Shown here: piece by piece, positions 1-9,914 of the stretch
Position numbering within the stretch: the first letter of the stretch is position 1
Layout: each line of letters starts with the position of its first letter
NCBI GenBank assembly: GCA_902546085.1
Contig: CACCIO010000003.1
Location: 2,885 to 66,884 of the forward strand
Length of the DNA stretch: 64,000 nucleotides
Source of the DNA: an uncultured Pelagibacteraceae bacterium
GTDB taxonomy: Bacteria > Pseudomonadota > Alphaproteobacteria > Pelagibacterales > Pelagibacteraceae
Reading direction: 5' to 3'
Position numbers and translations under genes: made by a program
Notes under the pieces: generated by a model
The model's database searches: none
What the model was told of the DNA's origin: nothing
Seen by the model: the letters and a program-made list of their open reading frames with translations, nothing else

Positions 1-1
1 T

Positions 2-787
2 CCAGTTGAGATTTTAGGAATAAATGGAGCAGCGAAAGCTGGAGATGATTTTATTGTTCTTGATACAGAAAAAGAAGCTAAGACGTTAAGTGAAAATAGA
101 GCCCAAGAGAGCAAAAATGGAAAAAATCCACTAACTTTTGCAACTCAAGACTCTGCTTTTTCAGATAAATCTACTCAAGAATTAAATTTAATTATTAAAT
201 CTGATGTTCATGGATCATCAGAAGCTATTAAAAATGCAATTACTCAACTTAAACATGATGAAGTTAAACCTAAAATAATTTTAGCAGATATTGGAATGGT
301 AACTGAGACAGATGTAACTTTAGCTAAAGCTTCTAATGCAGTGTTAATAGCTTTTAATGTTAAACCAAGTAAAGAAGCAAAAAAACTTGCAGAAAATGAG
401 AAAATAAAAATATCTTCGTACAATATTATTTATGAGGTTTTAGATTATATTAAACAAAGAATGTCAGGATTATTGGCGCCCGATGTTCAAGAAAAAATTA
501 CTGGTACAGCACAAATTCTGGAAATATTTAAAGTTTCAGGAGCTGGAAAAGTTGCTGGTTCCAAAGTAACTGAAGGAGAAATTAATAGTACTTCAGATGT
601 AAGAATTATTAGAGATGGTGCTATTATATATACTGGAAAAGTTTCAACAATATTTAGAGAAAAAAACCAAGTTAAACAGGTAAGTGACGGTCAAGAATGT
701 GGAATAACACTAAAAGATTACATGGATTTCCAAAAAAATGACACAATAGAAGCATTTAGTGTTACATCTACTGAGAGGTCAATTTAA
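2..787 (+). CDS. infB: Translation initiation factor IF-2, C-terminal part (5' truncated by window edge)
   Basis: Frame is open from position 2 (PVEILGINGAAKAGDDF...IIKSDVHGSSEA) into ORF 296..787 with IF2 C-terminal motifs (YNIIYE, GQECGI); followed by rbfA. Confidence 0.97.
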   Translation, partial: PVEILGINGAAKAGDDFIVLDTEKEAKTLSENRAQESKNGKNPLTFATQDSAFSDKSTQELNLIIKSDVHGSSEAIKNAITQLKHDEVKPKIILADIGMVTETDVTLAKASNAVLIAFNVKPSKEAKKLAENEKIKISSYNIIYEVLDYIKQRMSGLLAPDVQEKITGTAQILEIFKVSGAGKVAGSKVTEGEINSTSDVRIIRDGAIIYTGKVSTIFREKNQVKQVSDGQECGITLKDYMDFQKNDTIEAFSVTSTERSI

Positions 788-1155
788 TGGCGGATAGAAT
801 AGGAAAACCAATATCACAAAGACAGCTTAGAGTAGGAGAAATGATTAAGCAGTCTTTAAGCATGATTTTTATAAGAAATGAGGCTAAGGTGCCCAATTTA
901 GAAACAAACACTATAACGGTTACTGAGGTTAGAATGAGTCCTGATTTAAAAATTGCTAAAGCTTACGTTCTTCCATTGGGCGGAAAAGATGCAGAGGAAA
1001 CAATTAGTGTTTTAAAGGAATACTCATTTTTAATTAGAAAAATTTTATCACAAAAAGTGGTTATGAAATTTTTACCAAAATTACTTTTTAGAAAAGACGA
1101 ATCTTTTGAGTATGCAGAAAAAATAGAAAACTTAATAAAACAAACAAATAAATAG
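787..1155 (+). CDS. rbfA: 30S ribosome-binding factor A
   Basis: RQLRVGE, VTEVRMSPDLK.AK.YV and P.L.F..D.S motifs; follows infB. Confidence 0.96.
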   Translation: MADRIGKPISQRQLRVGEMIKQSLSMIFIRNEAKVPNLETNTITVTEVRMSPDLKIAKAYVLPLGGKDAEETISVLKEYSFLIRKILSQKVVMKFLPKLLFRKDESFEYAEKIENLIKQTNK

Positions 1156-1167
1156 GAAAAAAGAGGC

Positions 1168-1416
1168 ATGAACAAAAAAGCACAGGAATTAGCAATGCAC
1201 GATAAAGATACTGGTTCTTCAGAAATACAGATCGCTTTGCTAACAGAGAAAATTGAAACTCTCTCTATACATATTAAGCAATTCAAAAAGGATAAACATT
1301 CATCTGTTGGATTGTTGAGAGCGGTAAATAGAAGAAAAAAATTGTTAGAATATCTAAAGAAAAATAAAATGGATTCTTACAAAAATGTACTGTCGAAATT
1401 GAATTTAAGAAAATAG
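1168..1416 (+). CDS. rpsO: 30S ribosomal protein S15
   Basis: DTGSSEIQIALLT, KDKHS..GLL..V.RR.KLL.YL; upstream of pnp. Confidence 0.97.
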   Translation: MNKKAQELAMHDKDTGSSEIQIALLTEKIETLSIHIKQFKKDKHSSVGLLRAVNRRKKLLEYLKKNKMDSYKNVLSKLNLRK

Positions 1417-1431
1417 AAGTCAAGATAGATA

Positions 1432-1476
1432 GAACGGAATGGAACGAAACGAACGAAAAGAAATGGAAATGAAATG
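1432..1476 (+). repeat. Imperfect purine-rich ~5-nt tandem repeat in the rpsO-pnp spacer
   Basis: gaacg gaatg gaacg aaacg aacg aaaag aaatg gaaatg aaATG, read directly. Confidence 0.7.
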
Positions 1477-3549
1477 TTTAAAGTATACAACAAGGAAATT
1501 GAAGTAGCGGGAAAGAAAATAAGTTTAGAAACAGGTAAAGTAGCAAGACAGGCAGACGGTGCAATAATCGCAAAATGTGGAGAGACAGTCGTACTAGCAA
1601 CAGTAGTCGGGGCAAAAAAAGTAAATCCTGATATGGATTACTTTCCATTATCTGTAAATTACCAAGAAAAATATTATGCAGCTGGAAAGATTCCAGGTGG
1701 GTATTTTAAAAGAGAAGCAAGACCAACTGAGAGCGAAACATTGATCTCTAGATTAATTGACAGACCAATCAGACCACTCTTTCCTGATGAATTTAAAAAT
1801 GAAGTACAGTTATTGCCAACAGTAATTTCATACGATAAAGAAAATGAACCAGATATTTTATCAATCACTGCATCTTCAGCAGCTTTAGCTATATCAGGAA
1901 TGCCATTTATGGGTCCTGTAGGCGCTTCAAGAGTTGGCTTTGTAGATGGAAAATATGTTTTAAATCCATCAAAAGTAGATTTAGAAAAATCAAAATTAGA
2001 TTTAGTTGTAGCAGGTACAAAAGATGCTGTGCTTATGGTTGAATCTGAAGCTAATGGTTTAACAGAAGAAGAAATGTTAAACGCAGTTAAATTTGGTCAT
2101 GAAGGCTTTGTTCCAGTGATTGAAATGATTGAGGAACTTGCAAAAGAATGTAGAAAACCTGAGTGGACAGTTGAGAAAAAAGATTTATCTGAAGTTAAGA
2201 AAAAACTTGAGGAAACTTTCACAGAAGATCTTAAGAAAGCTTTTGCAACAAGAGATAAACAAGATAGATCAAATCAGATTTCAGTTATTACTGACAAAGC
2301 CAAAAAGCTTTACGAGGAAGATGAAAACTACACTGATCTTGATGTTAACAGTCAGTTAAAAAATCTTGAAAAATCTATTGTAAGAACAGACATTCTAAAA
2401 AACAAAAATAGAATTGATGGTAGAGGCTTATCAGATGTAAGGCCTATCGAATGTGAAGTTGGTGTTTTACCAAGGACACATGGTTCTGCATTATTTACTA
2501 GAGGTGAAACTCAAGCAATTGTTGTAGCAACTTTAGGAACATCTGATGATGAGCAAAGAATTGAAAGTTTAGATGGATTACAAAGAGAGCGATTTATGCT
2601 TCACTATAATTTTCCTCCTTTTTCGGTTGGAGAAACTGGAAGAATTGGAACAGGTAGAAGAGAAATTGGTCATGGTAAATTAGCTTGGAGAGCAATTAAC
2701 TCTTCACTACCAACCAAAGAGGCATTTCCATATACTTTTAGAGTAGTTTCAGAGATTACAGAGTCTAATGGTTCTTCTTCAATGGCTACTGTTTGTGGAA
2801 CTTCCTTAGCCTTAATGGATGCTGGAGTACCAATAAAGCAGCCAGTTGCTGGTATTGCAATGGGATTAATTAAAGAAGGTGATGATTTCAGCGTTCTTTC
2901 AGACATCCTAGGTGATGAAGATCATCTTGGTGACATGGACTTTAAAGTTGCTGGAACTAAAGATGGAATTACTTCTCTCCAAATGGATATTAAAATCACA
3001 GGTATTACATTTGAAATTATGGAGCAGGCATTAAGCCAAGCCAAAGAAGGAAGGGTTCATATCTTGGGAGAAATGAATAAAGCATTATCAGCTTCAAGAT
3101 CTGATGTCGGAAAACATACTCCAAAAATGGAACAAGTTAATGTAGATAAAAAAGACATTGCTGCTGTGATTGGAAAAGGTGGTGCAACAATCAGAGAGAT
3201 AGTAGAAAAATCAGGAGCGAAAGTAGATGTAAATGATGAAGGTATAGTAACAGTTGCTGCGCCAGATGAAGAATCTAGAAACATCGCAATGCAAATGATT
3301 AAAGACATCACTGCAAAAGCTGAATTAAATAAAATTTATTCAGGAAAAGTAATGAAGATCATGGAGTTTGGTGCATTTGTTAATTTCTTGGGAAAACAAG
3401 ATGGACTTGTTCATATTTCAGAACTTGCAGTCAAGAGAGTTGCCAAAGTCACAGATGTTGTGAAAGAGGGTGATGAGGTAAAAGTTAAAGTAATTGGTTT
3501 TGATAGAGGCAAAGTTAAGCTATCGATTAAACAAGCATTAGCTGAATAA
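1474..3549 (+). CDS. pnp: Polyribonucleotide nucleotidyltransferase (PNPase)
   Basis: [36 protein letters not shown], plus KH and S1 domains. Confidence 0.99.
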   Translation: MFKVYNKEIEVAGKKISLETGKVARQADGAIIAKCGETVVLATVVGAKKVNPDMDYFPLSVNYQEKYYAAGKIPGGYFKREARPTESETLISRLIDRPIRPLFPDEFKNEVQLLPTVISYDKENEPDILSITASSAALAISGMPFMGPVGASRVGFVDGKYVLNPSKVDLEKSKLDLVVAGTKDAVLMVESEANGLTEEEMLNAVKFGHEGFVPVIEMIEELAKECRKPEWTVEKKDLSEVKKKLEETFTEDLKKAFATRDKQDRSNQISVITDKAKKLYEEDENYTDLDVNSQLKNLEKSIVRTDILKNKNRIDGRGLSDVRPIECEVGVLPRTHGSALFTRGETQAIVVATLGTSDDEQRIESLDGLQRERFMLHYNFPPFSVGETGRIGTGRREIGHGKLAWRAINSSLPTKEAFPYTFRVVSEITESNGSSSMATVCGTSLALMDAGVPIKQPVAGIAMGLIKEGDDFSVLSDILGDEDHLGDMDFKVAGTKDGITSLQMDIKITGITFEIMEQALSQAKEGRVHILGEMNKALSASRSDVGKHTPKMEQVNVDKKDIAAVIGKGGATIREIVEKSGAKVDVNDEGIVTVAAPDEESRNIAMQMIKDITAKAELNKIYSGKVMKIMEFGAFVNFLGKQDGLVHISELAVKRVAKVTDVVKEGDEVKVKVIGFDRGKVKLSIKQALAE

Positions 3550-3555
3550 TAATTA

Positions 3556-3576
3556 AAAGGGCTCACTGAGCCCTTT
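3556..3576. terminator. Intrinsic terminator-like hairpin after pnp
   Basis: aaagggctc-act-gagcccttt perfect 9-bp stem just after the stop. Confidence 0.8.
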
Positions 3577-3589
3577 ATCAATTAATTTT

Positions 3590-4360
3590 ATGAAAAAGTT
3601 AAGTTGGTATTACAAATTATTTATTTTCAAATTAAGAAGAAAGATAAATTTAGATAATCTTATATTAAATAAAAAAAAATCCTTAAATGAAGTTTTCAAT
3701 TACTTTGGTACCGACAAAGGTATTAATGTAAAAAATCCATATAGTAAAATTTCAAAAAAAAAAATAGGACATGGATTTGGAAAATTTTATGAAAAATATT
3801 TTTATAAATTTAAGAATGATAATTTCAATTTTCTAGAAATCGGAACATGGAAAGGTGCATCTTTAGCTTCTTTTTATTTTTACTTTAAAAAAGCATCTAT
3901 TTATGGGATTGATAGAAATTTTAAAAATAATTATTCGTCTAAAAGATTAGAATTCATTTATTGTAACACAACTAGTGTTTCTGATTTAGTAAATTTAAAA
4001 AAAAAATTAAAGAAAAAAAAATTTAAAATAATTATCGATGATGGATCACATTTATTGAATGATATTATTAGTAACTTAAAATTTTTTTTTAAGTTATTAG
4101 ATAAAGGAGGATATTATGTAATCGAAGATTTTAATCATCCAAAATATTTTAATTACTTGAATGACTCAAATAATAAGGAGTTATTAGTTGATGCAATAAT
4201 TAAAAATTTAAAAAAAAAAAAATTTTTTAAGTCAAAAATTCTCAGTCTAAAAGACCAAAAATATCTTTTTAGAAATATAAAAAAAATAAATTTACACAAA
4301 GGCAGTATGATAAGCTTAAAAAAAAATATATCAGATATATTATTTATAGAAAAGGTTTGA
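3590..4360 (+). CDS. Class I SAM-dependent methyltransferase (sugar O-methyltransferase-like)
   Basis: TDKG...GHGF..FYE, LEIGTWKGAS, IIIDDGSH, GGYYVIED. Confidence 0.8.
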   Translation: MKKLSWYYKLFIFKLRRKINLDNLILNKKKSLNEVFNYFGTDKGINVKNPYSKISKKKIGHGFGKFYEKYFYKFKNDNFNFLEIGTWKGASLASFYFYFKKASIYGIDRNFKNNYSSKRLEFIYCNTTSVSDLVNLKKKLKKKKFKIIIDDGSHLLNDIISNLKFFFKLLDKGGYYVIEDFNHPKYFNYLNDSNNKELLVDAIIKNLKKKKFFKSKILSLKDQKYLFRNIKKINLHKGSMISLKKNISDILFIEKV

Positions 4361-4377
4361 TGTAATTCTACTTGCTG

Positions 4378-5163
4378 TCAGGTAATATTCTTAGGGTCTG
4401 GCATCCCAACCTTGTTATATCCAGCATCTACATAGTGAATTTCACCAGTAACACCATTTGCAAGGTCACTTAATAGATATAACGCTGAATTTCCAACATC
4501 ATGGATATCTACATTTCTCTTAAGGAAAGAATGGTCTTCATTCCATTTATATAAGAATTTTGCGTCTCCAATTGCAGAGGCAGCCAATGTCTTGATAGGT
4601 CCAGCACTTATTGCATTTACTCTCATACCTTTGGCTCCTAAGTCTCTTGCTAAATACTTAACACTTGCTTCAAGAGCTGATTTGCAAACACCCATTACGT
4701 TATAATTTGGAATTGCTTTAGTAGACTCGTAAGTTAAAGTTAATAAATTTCCACCTTGTTTCATTACATTTGAAGCCTCTTTTGCTACTTCAGTAAATGA
4801 AAAGCATGAGATCAACATACTTCTTAAAAAGTTTTCTCTAGTCGTATTTAAATATTCACCTGATAACTCTGATTTATCAGAGAAAGCAACTGCATGAACT
4901 ACAAAATCAATTTCACCCCATTTAGATTTTATATCTTTAAATAATTTTACAACTTCTTCTTTTTTTTCAACATCACAACTAAATGTAATGTTTGAATTTA
5001 ATTTTTCCGCTAAAGGAACTACTCTTTTTTTTAAAGCGTCACCCAAATAAGTAAATCCTAGTTCAGCTCCTGCTTCAGCAAGTTTTTGAGATATACCCCA
5101 GGCAATAGATCTTTCATTAGCGACACCCATGATTAATCCTTTTTTACCTTTCATTAAACTCAT
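4378..5163 (-). CDS. fabI: Enoyl-ACP reductase
   Basis: GVANERSIAWGI, YNVMGVCKSALE, RVNAISAGPIKTLAA. Confidence 0.97.
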   Translation of the reverse strand: MSLMKGKKGLIMGVANERSIAWGISQKLAEAGAELGFTYLGDALKKRVVPLAEKLNSNITFSCDVEKKEEVVKLFKDIKSKWGEIDFVVHAVAFSDKSELSGEYLNTTRENFLRSMLISCFSFTEVAKEASNVMKQGGNLLTLTYESTKAIPNYNVMGVCKSALEASVKYLARDLGAKGMRVNAISAGPIKTLAASAIGDAKFLYKWNEDHSFLKRNVDIHDVGNSALYLLSDLANGVTGEIHYVDAGYNKVGMPDPKNIT

Positions 5164-5166
5164 AAA

Positions 5167-6378
5167 TTAAACCTTTTCAAAAATTAAAGCTGCATTAGTT
5201 CCACCAAAACCAAAGCTATTTGACATTATTGTATTTAAAGTTGCTCCCGTTTCAGTTTTTGAAACTATAGGAAATTTTTTAGCATCATCATCCATATCAG
5301 TAATATTTGCAGAACCTGTAATGAAATTATTCTTCATCATTATTAAACAATAAATTGCTTCATGCACTGAAGCTGCCCCTAAAGGATGACCTGATAAAGA
5401 TTTTGTTGAACTTATTTTTGGAATGCCTTCTCCAAAAGTTTCTTTTATAGCATTAAGTTCAGTTATGTCTCCAACGGGAGTGGATGTTCCGTGAGTATTA
5501 ATGTAATCAATTTTATTTTTAGCAGTTGCCATTGCCATTTTCATACATCTAACAGCACCTTCACCTGATGGCGCTACCATATCGTATCCATCTGAGGTTG
5601 CTCCATAACCAGTTAATTCTGCGTATATTTTAGCTCCTCTTGCTTTAGCATGTTCATATTCTTCAAGTACTAATACGCCTGCACCACCTGCAATTACAAA
5701 TCCATCTCTAGTTTTATCATAAGCTCTAGACGCAGATTGTGGAGTGTCATTATATTTTGAAGACAATGCAGTCATTGCATCAAACATTGCTGTCATTGCC
5801 CAATGAATTTCTTCACTACCACCTGCAAAAACAACATCCTGTTTACCCATTTGAATTAATTCCATAGAATTTCCTATGCAATGTCCACTAGTTGCACATG
5901 CAGAACTCATCGTGTAGTTAGTTCCTTTAATTTTAAATGGTACGGCAAGTGTTGCAGAAGCAGTACTGGCCATAGTTCTTGGAACAATAAAAGGTCCCAT
6001 TAATTTTGGTGTCTTCGCTCTAGTTTTATCTGCAGCTAAAATTACATTTTCTATAGAAGGTCCGCCTGAGCCCATCACAATTCCAGTTTTAAAATTACTT
6101 ACTTCACTTTCTTCTAATCCAGAGTCTTCAATAGCTTCTTTCATTGCAATATAATTGTAAGCTGAGCCTGATCCCATAAATCTAATTGTTTTTCTATCTA
6201 TATGATCCTCAAGTTTAATATTTGGTTTACCATGAACATGGCTTTTCAGGTTATGCTCTTTATAATCCTCAGCATAAGAAATTCCTGATTTTGAATTTAA
6301 CAAAGAGTGATGAACTTCTTTTTGATTATTTCCTAAACAAGAAACAACTCCTAAACCTGTAATAACTACTCTTCTCAT
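5167..6378 (-). CDS. fabB: 3-oxoacyl-ACP synthase I
   Basis: [34 protein letters not shown]; adjacent to fabA. Confidence 0.96.
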   Translation of the reverse strand: MRRVVITGLGVVSCLGNNQKEVHHSLLNSKSGISYAEDYKEHNLKSHVHGKPNIKLEDHIDRKTIRFMGSGSAYNYIAMKEAIEDSGLEESEVSNFKTGIVMGSGGPSIENVILAADKTRAKTPKLMGPFIVPRTMASTASATLAVPFKIKGTNYTMSSACATSGHCIGNSMELIQMGKQDVVFAGGSEEIHWAMTAMFDAMTALSSKYNDTPQSASRAYDKTRDGFVIAGGAGVLVLEEYEHAKARGAKIYAELTGYGATSDGYDMVAPSGEGAVRCMKMAMATAKNKIDYINTHGTSTPVGDITELNAIKETFGEGIPKISSTKSLSGHPLGAASVHEAIYCLIMMKNNFITGSANITDMDDDAKKFPIVSKTETGATLNTIMSNSFGFGGTNAALIFEKV

Positions 6379-6878
6379 TATTTAAATAACCCTACTTTTA
6401 AACTTTCTGCTGAATATATTTTTTTATTATCTGCAAGAACAATTCCATTTGCAAGCCCAACAGTTGTTCCTCCTGGAGACATAATTTTTTTCATATCTAT
6501 TTCATATCTTACATTTTTTACATTTTGTAATACTTCGCCTGTAAATTTCACAGTACCCACTCCTAGAGCTCTTCCTTTGCCAGGATTTCCTAGCCAACCA
6601 AGAAAAAATCCTACTAGTTGCCACATAGCATCTAAACCTAGGCACCCTGGCATAACTGGATCTTCTTTAAAATGACAATCAAAAAACCAAAGATCATTTT
6701 TAATATCTAGTTCAGCTTTTAATAAACCTTTGTTAAACGCTCCATTATTTTCATTGATTTCTGTTATTCTGTCAAACATAAGCATTGGTGGAAGCGGTAA
6801 TTTAGCATTACCAGGACCAAAAAGGTCGCCATTACCACAAGTTATTAGATCATCATAGGAGTATGAGTTTTTTTTCAT
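6378..6878 (-). CDS. fabA: 3-hydroxydecanoyl-ACP dehydratase/isomerase
   Basis: [35 protein letters not shown]. Confidence 0.97.
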   Translation of the reverse strand: MKKNSYSYDDLITCGNGDLFGPGNAKLPLPPMLMFDRITEINENNGAFNKGLLKAELDIKNDLWFFDCHFKEDPVMPGCLGLDAMWQLVGFFLGWLGNPGKGRALGVGTVKFTGEVLQNVKNVRYEIDMKKIMSPGGTTVGLANGIVLADNKKIYSAESLKVGLFK

Positions 6879-6949
6879 AATTTTGAGCTCCCTTAATACT
6901 TGATTTAATCTTAATATAATATAATAAAACAGTATATTTTTATTCGTAC

Positions 6950-6966
6950 TTTAGAATTATTATAAA
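6950..6966. promoter_or_regulatory. Iron control element (ICE, Irr box) immediately upstream of irr
   Basis: TTTAGAA-TTA-TTATAAA, one mismatch to ICE consensus TTTAGAA-N3-TTCTAAA. Confidence 0.7.
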
Positions 6967-6971
6967 AAACA

Positions 6972-7400
6972 ATGCCAAAAAAGTGCAATTTTATTGAAAA
7001 ATTAAGAGAGTTGGGACTTAGACCTACTAAACAAAGATTAAATATGTGTGAAGTTTTGTTTAATAGAGAAAAAACTTTCCATTTCACAATTAACGACTTG
7101 GTAAAAATGATATCTGAGAAAATGAATCAAAAGATATCTTTAGCTACAGTTTATAACACAGTTCATGCATTTGAAAAAAAAGGATATTTAAAAGAAATTT
7201 CTATAGATAGTCACAAAAGTTATTTTGATACAAACACGTCAGTACACCATCATTTTTTTGATGAAGAGACGAATGAGTTAATCGATTGTGATGAAAATGA
7301 TATTGATCCAATAAATATAAAAAAAAATATTGCTGGGAAAAAAATAAATTCAGTGGAAGTTTTGATTAAGGTTGCGAGTGATAATCAAAATCAAAAATAA
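6972..7400 (+). CDS. irr: Fur-family iron response regulator Irr
   Basis: GLRPTKQR, ISLATVYNT, HHHFFDE His triplet; divergent from fabA as in other alphaproteobacteria. Confidence 0.85.
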   Translation: MPKKCNFIEKLRELGLRPTKQRLNMCEVLFNREKTFHFTINDLVKMISEKMNQKISLATVYNTVHAFEKKGYLKEISIDSHKSYFDTNTSVHHHFFDEETNELIDCDENDIDPINIKKNIAGKKINSVEVLIKVASDNQNQK

Positions 7401-7429
7401 TTTATATAAATCAAAGACTTAAAAACTAC

Positions 7430-7446
7430 ATTATAATAATTCTAAA
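7430..7446. promoter_or_regulatory. ICE (Irr box) upstream of rubrerythrin
   Basis: ATTATAA-TAA-TTCTAAA; its reverse complement matches the 6950 site at 16 of 17 positions. Confidence 0.7.
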
Positions 7447-7449
7447 CTA

Positions 7450-7479
7450 TTGACATACTGTCATGATGCATTATATGAT
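7450..7479 (+). promoter_or_regulatory. Sigma70-type promoter of rbr operon
   Basis: TTGACA-N18-TATGAT, then RBS AAGGAGA before ATG 7505. Confidence 0.6.
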
Positions 7480-7504
7480 CTTTTATCATTAAAAAGGAGA
7501 AAAA

Positions 7505-7921
7505 ATGTCTTTAAAAGGAAGTAAAACAGAGGAAAATTTAAAAGAAGCATTTGCTGGAGAAAGCCAAGCGAATAGAAGATATCTTTATTTTGCACAAAAA
7601 GCTGACATAGAAGGTTACAATGATGTAGCTGCAGTTTTTAGATCGACAGCTGAAGGTGAAACTGGTCATGCACATGGTCATTTAGAGTATTTAGAAGAAG
7701 TTGGTGACCCAGGAACTGGTATGCCAATTGGTGAAACAAAAGCTAACTTAGCTTCAGCAGTACAAGGTGAAACACATGAATACACTGATATGTATCCAGG
7801 TATGGCTAAAACGGCAAGAGAGGAGGGTTTTGAAGAAATTGCTGATTGGTTTGAAACTTTAGCAAAAGCTGAAAAATCACACGCTGGTAAATTCCAAAAA
7901 ACTTTAGAATCTATTAGCTAA
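7505..7921 (+). CDS. rbr: Rubrerythrin (short, no rubredoxin domain)
   Basis: [23 protein letters not shown] and EKSH di-iron motifs. Confidence 0.93.
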   Translation: MSLKGSKTEENLKEAFAGESQANRRYLYFAQKADIEGYNDVAAVFRSTAEGETGHAHGHLEYLEEVGDPGTGMPIGETKANLASAVQGETHEYTDMYPGMAKTAREEGFEEIADWFETLAKAEKSHAGKFQKTLESIS

Positions 7922-7930
7922 TAAAATTTC

Positions 7931-7955
7931 TTAGTGGGCGCTTGATGCCCACTAA
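7931..7955 (+). terminator. Intercistronic hairpin after rbr (weak terminator or mRNA stabiliser)
   Basis: ttagtgggc-gcttgat-gcccactaa; no U-tract on + strand. Confidence 0.6.
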
Positions 7956-7986
7956 AAACAATTCAAATTTCAAATAACTTAATTAT

Positions 7987-9318
7987 ATGAGCCAGGAAGG
8001 AAGTTTAGGTGCACCTATAAGACATCCAATAGATTTTGAGCATCCTGATTTTTTAAATCCAAAAAAGATAGACGCTGAAATGAGAAGAGTGTTTGACATT
8101 TGTCATGGATGTCGAAGATGTTTTAATCTTTGTGACTCATTTCCGAAGCTATTCGACATGATTGATGATTCTAAAAATGAGGATGTTGAAAGCTTATCTA
8201 GTGATCAATTTGCTCCTGTTGTTGATGCATGTACTTTGTGTGATATGTGTTTTATGACTAAATGCCCATATGTTCCACCCCATGATTTTGATCTAGATTT
8301 TCCACATTTAATGCTGCGATATAGAACAGCTCAAAAAAAATTAGGTAAATTACCAAGAGTACCAAAACAATTAGCTCAAATAGACCGAAATGCCAAAATT
8401 GGTGTCATGTTATCTAAAATAGTTAACTGGGCATCAAATATTAAAAATAAATTAATTAGAAAAATCTTAGAGCTTATTACTGGAATAGATAAAAGAGTTC
8501 AGCTGCCAAAATATAACTCAGAAACTTTTTCAAACTTCTTTAAAAAGAATAAAGATATAATAAATTATGAGACAACTTTAAAAGATAGAAAAGTTGTTAT
8601 CTATTCAACTTGTTTTGTAAATTTTAACAAAAAAAATACTGGTATTGCCGCTTTAAAAGTTTTAAAAAAAAATGGTGTGGAGGTTCAAGAGGCTTATCCT
8701 GGCTGTTGTGGGATGCCATTTTTAGAGCAAGCAGATCTCCCAAAAGTTGTCGAGCAAGCAAAGAAAGTATCCAAGGATTTAATAGAATGGATTGATAAAG
8801 GATATAAAGTAGTAACTTTAACAGCAAGTTGTGGATTGATGTTAAAATTTGAATGGCCTTTGTTGTTACCAAATGATGAAAAAATTAAAAAATTATCTGC
8901 AAATGTTATGGATATTGATGAGTATGTGGTTGATATAGCAAACAATGAGGGATTAGCAGAAGGATTAAATGAGATTGATGGAGGTGTAACGGTTCATCAT
9001 GCGTGTCATGCAAGAGCACAGAACATGGGTATCAAAGCAAGAGATATGTTAAAATTAATACCAAACATTAAAATTGATGTTGTTGAGAGATGTGCGGGTC
9101 ATGGAGGAACTTTTGGAGTAATGAAAGAAACGCATGATTTAGCAAATAAAGTTGGAAGACCTACAGCTAGACAAATTAAAAATAAAAATAATAGGTATAT
9201 GGCTTCGGATTGTCCATTAGCTGGCAAACATTTAAAACAGTTAGAAGTTGATACAAATATATCTAATGATGAGGCACTACACCCTATCGAATTAGTCGCA
9301 AAAAGTTATAATTTATAA
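7987..9318 (+). CDS. Fe-S oxidoreductase with CCG domains (heterodisulfide reductase/GlpC-like, rubrerythrin-associated)
   Basis: CHGCRRCFNLC, CTLCDMC..TKCP, GCCGMP, CAGHGG. Confidence 0.88.
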   Translation: MSQEGSLGAPIRHPIDFEHPDFLNPKKIDAEMRRVFDICHGCRRCFNLCDSFPKLFDMIDDSKNEDVESLSSDQFAPVVDACTLCDMCFMTKCPYVPPHDFDLDFPHLMLRYRTAQKKLGKLPRVPKQLAQIDRNAKIGVMLSKIVNWASNIKNKLIRKILELITGIDKRVQLPKYNSETFSNFFKKNKDIINYETTLKDRKVVIYSTCFVNFNKKNTGIAALKVLKKNGVEVQEAYPGCCGMPFLEQADLPKVVEQAKKVSKDLIEWIDKGYKVVTLTASCGLMLKFEWPLLLPNDEKIKKLSANVMDIDEYVVDIANNEGLAEGLNEIDGGVTVHHACHARAQNMGIKARDMLKLIPNIKIDVVERCAGHGGTFGVMKETHDLANKVGRPTARQIKNKNNRYMASDCPLAGKHLKQLEVDTNISNDEALHPIELVAKSYNL

Positions 9319-9320
9319 TC

Positions 9321-9914
9321 GTGCCTAGAGAAAAAAGAGAAATCCAAAAAGAAGACATCATGCCTCTAGATACTTATATAGGTAAAAGACGTGAACTAAG
9401 AAAAAATATTCTTGATTATAAAAAAAATAGAAGAGTTGCTTTAGGTCCTTACGCTACTTTTTATTTTGAAAGTTATGAAACAATGTTAGCTCAAGTTCAA
9501 GAAATGCTATACATTGAAAAAGGTGGTGATCAACAACTTCAGGATGAGCTTTCTGCATATAATCCTCTAATACCCAATGGAAAAGAGCTTACAGCAACTC
9601 TAATGTTTGAAATAGATAATCCTATTTCAAGAGCGGCGTTTCTTGGAAAAGTTGGTGGAATTGAAGAAAAAGTATTTATGAAAATAGATGGTGAAAAAAT
9701 TAAAGCGGTTCCAGAGGAAGATGTAGACAGAACTTCTACCGAAGGAAAAGCTTCCTCAGTACAGTTTATTCATTTTAATTTTACTGATGATCAAATAGAA
9801 AAATTTAAATCTAATAGTTCAGTTATTGAGCTTGGAATTGATCACAAAGAATATTCTCATAGCACAAAATTATCTAAAGAAAATATAGCCTCTTTATCTG
9901 CTGATTTTAGTTAA
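9321..9914 (+). CDS. DUF3501 family protein
   Basis: QVQEMLYIEKGG, AYNPLIP, KASSVQF; third gene of the rbr-FeS-DUF3501 cluster. Confidence 0.85.
   Translation: MPREKREIQKEDIMPLDTYIGKRRELRKNILDYKKNRRVALGPYATFYFESYETMLAQVQEMLYIEKGGDQQLQDELSAYNPLIPNGKELTATLMFEIDNPISRAAFLGKVGGIEEKVFMKIDGEKIKAVPEEDVDRTSTEGKASSVQFIHFNFTDDQIEKFKSNSSVIELGIDHKEYSHSTKLSKENIASLSADFS

Noticed and set aside
1432-1455. GAAC repeats as a LexA box
   Set aside because: Spacings are N6 and N5, not the required N7
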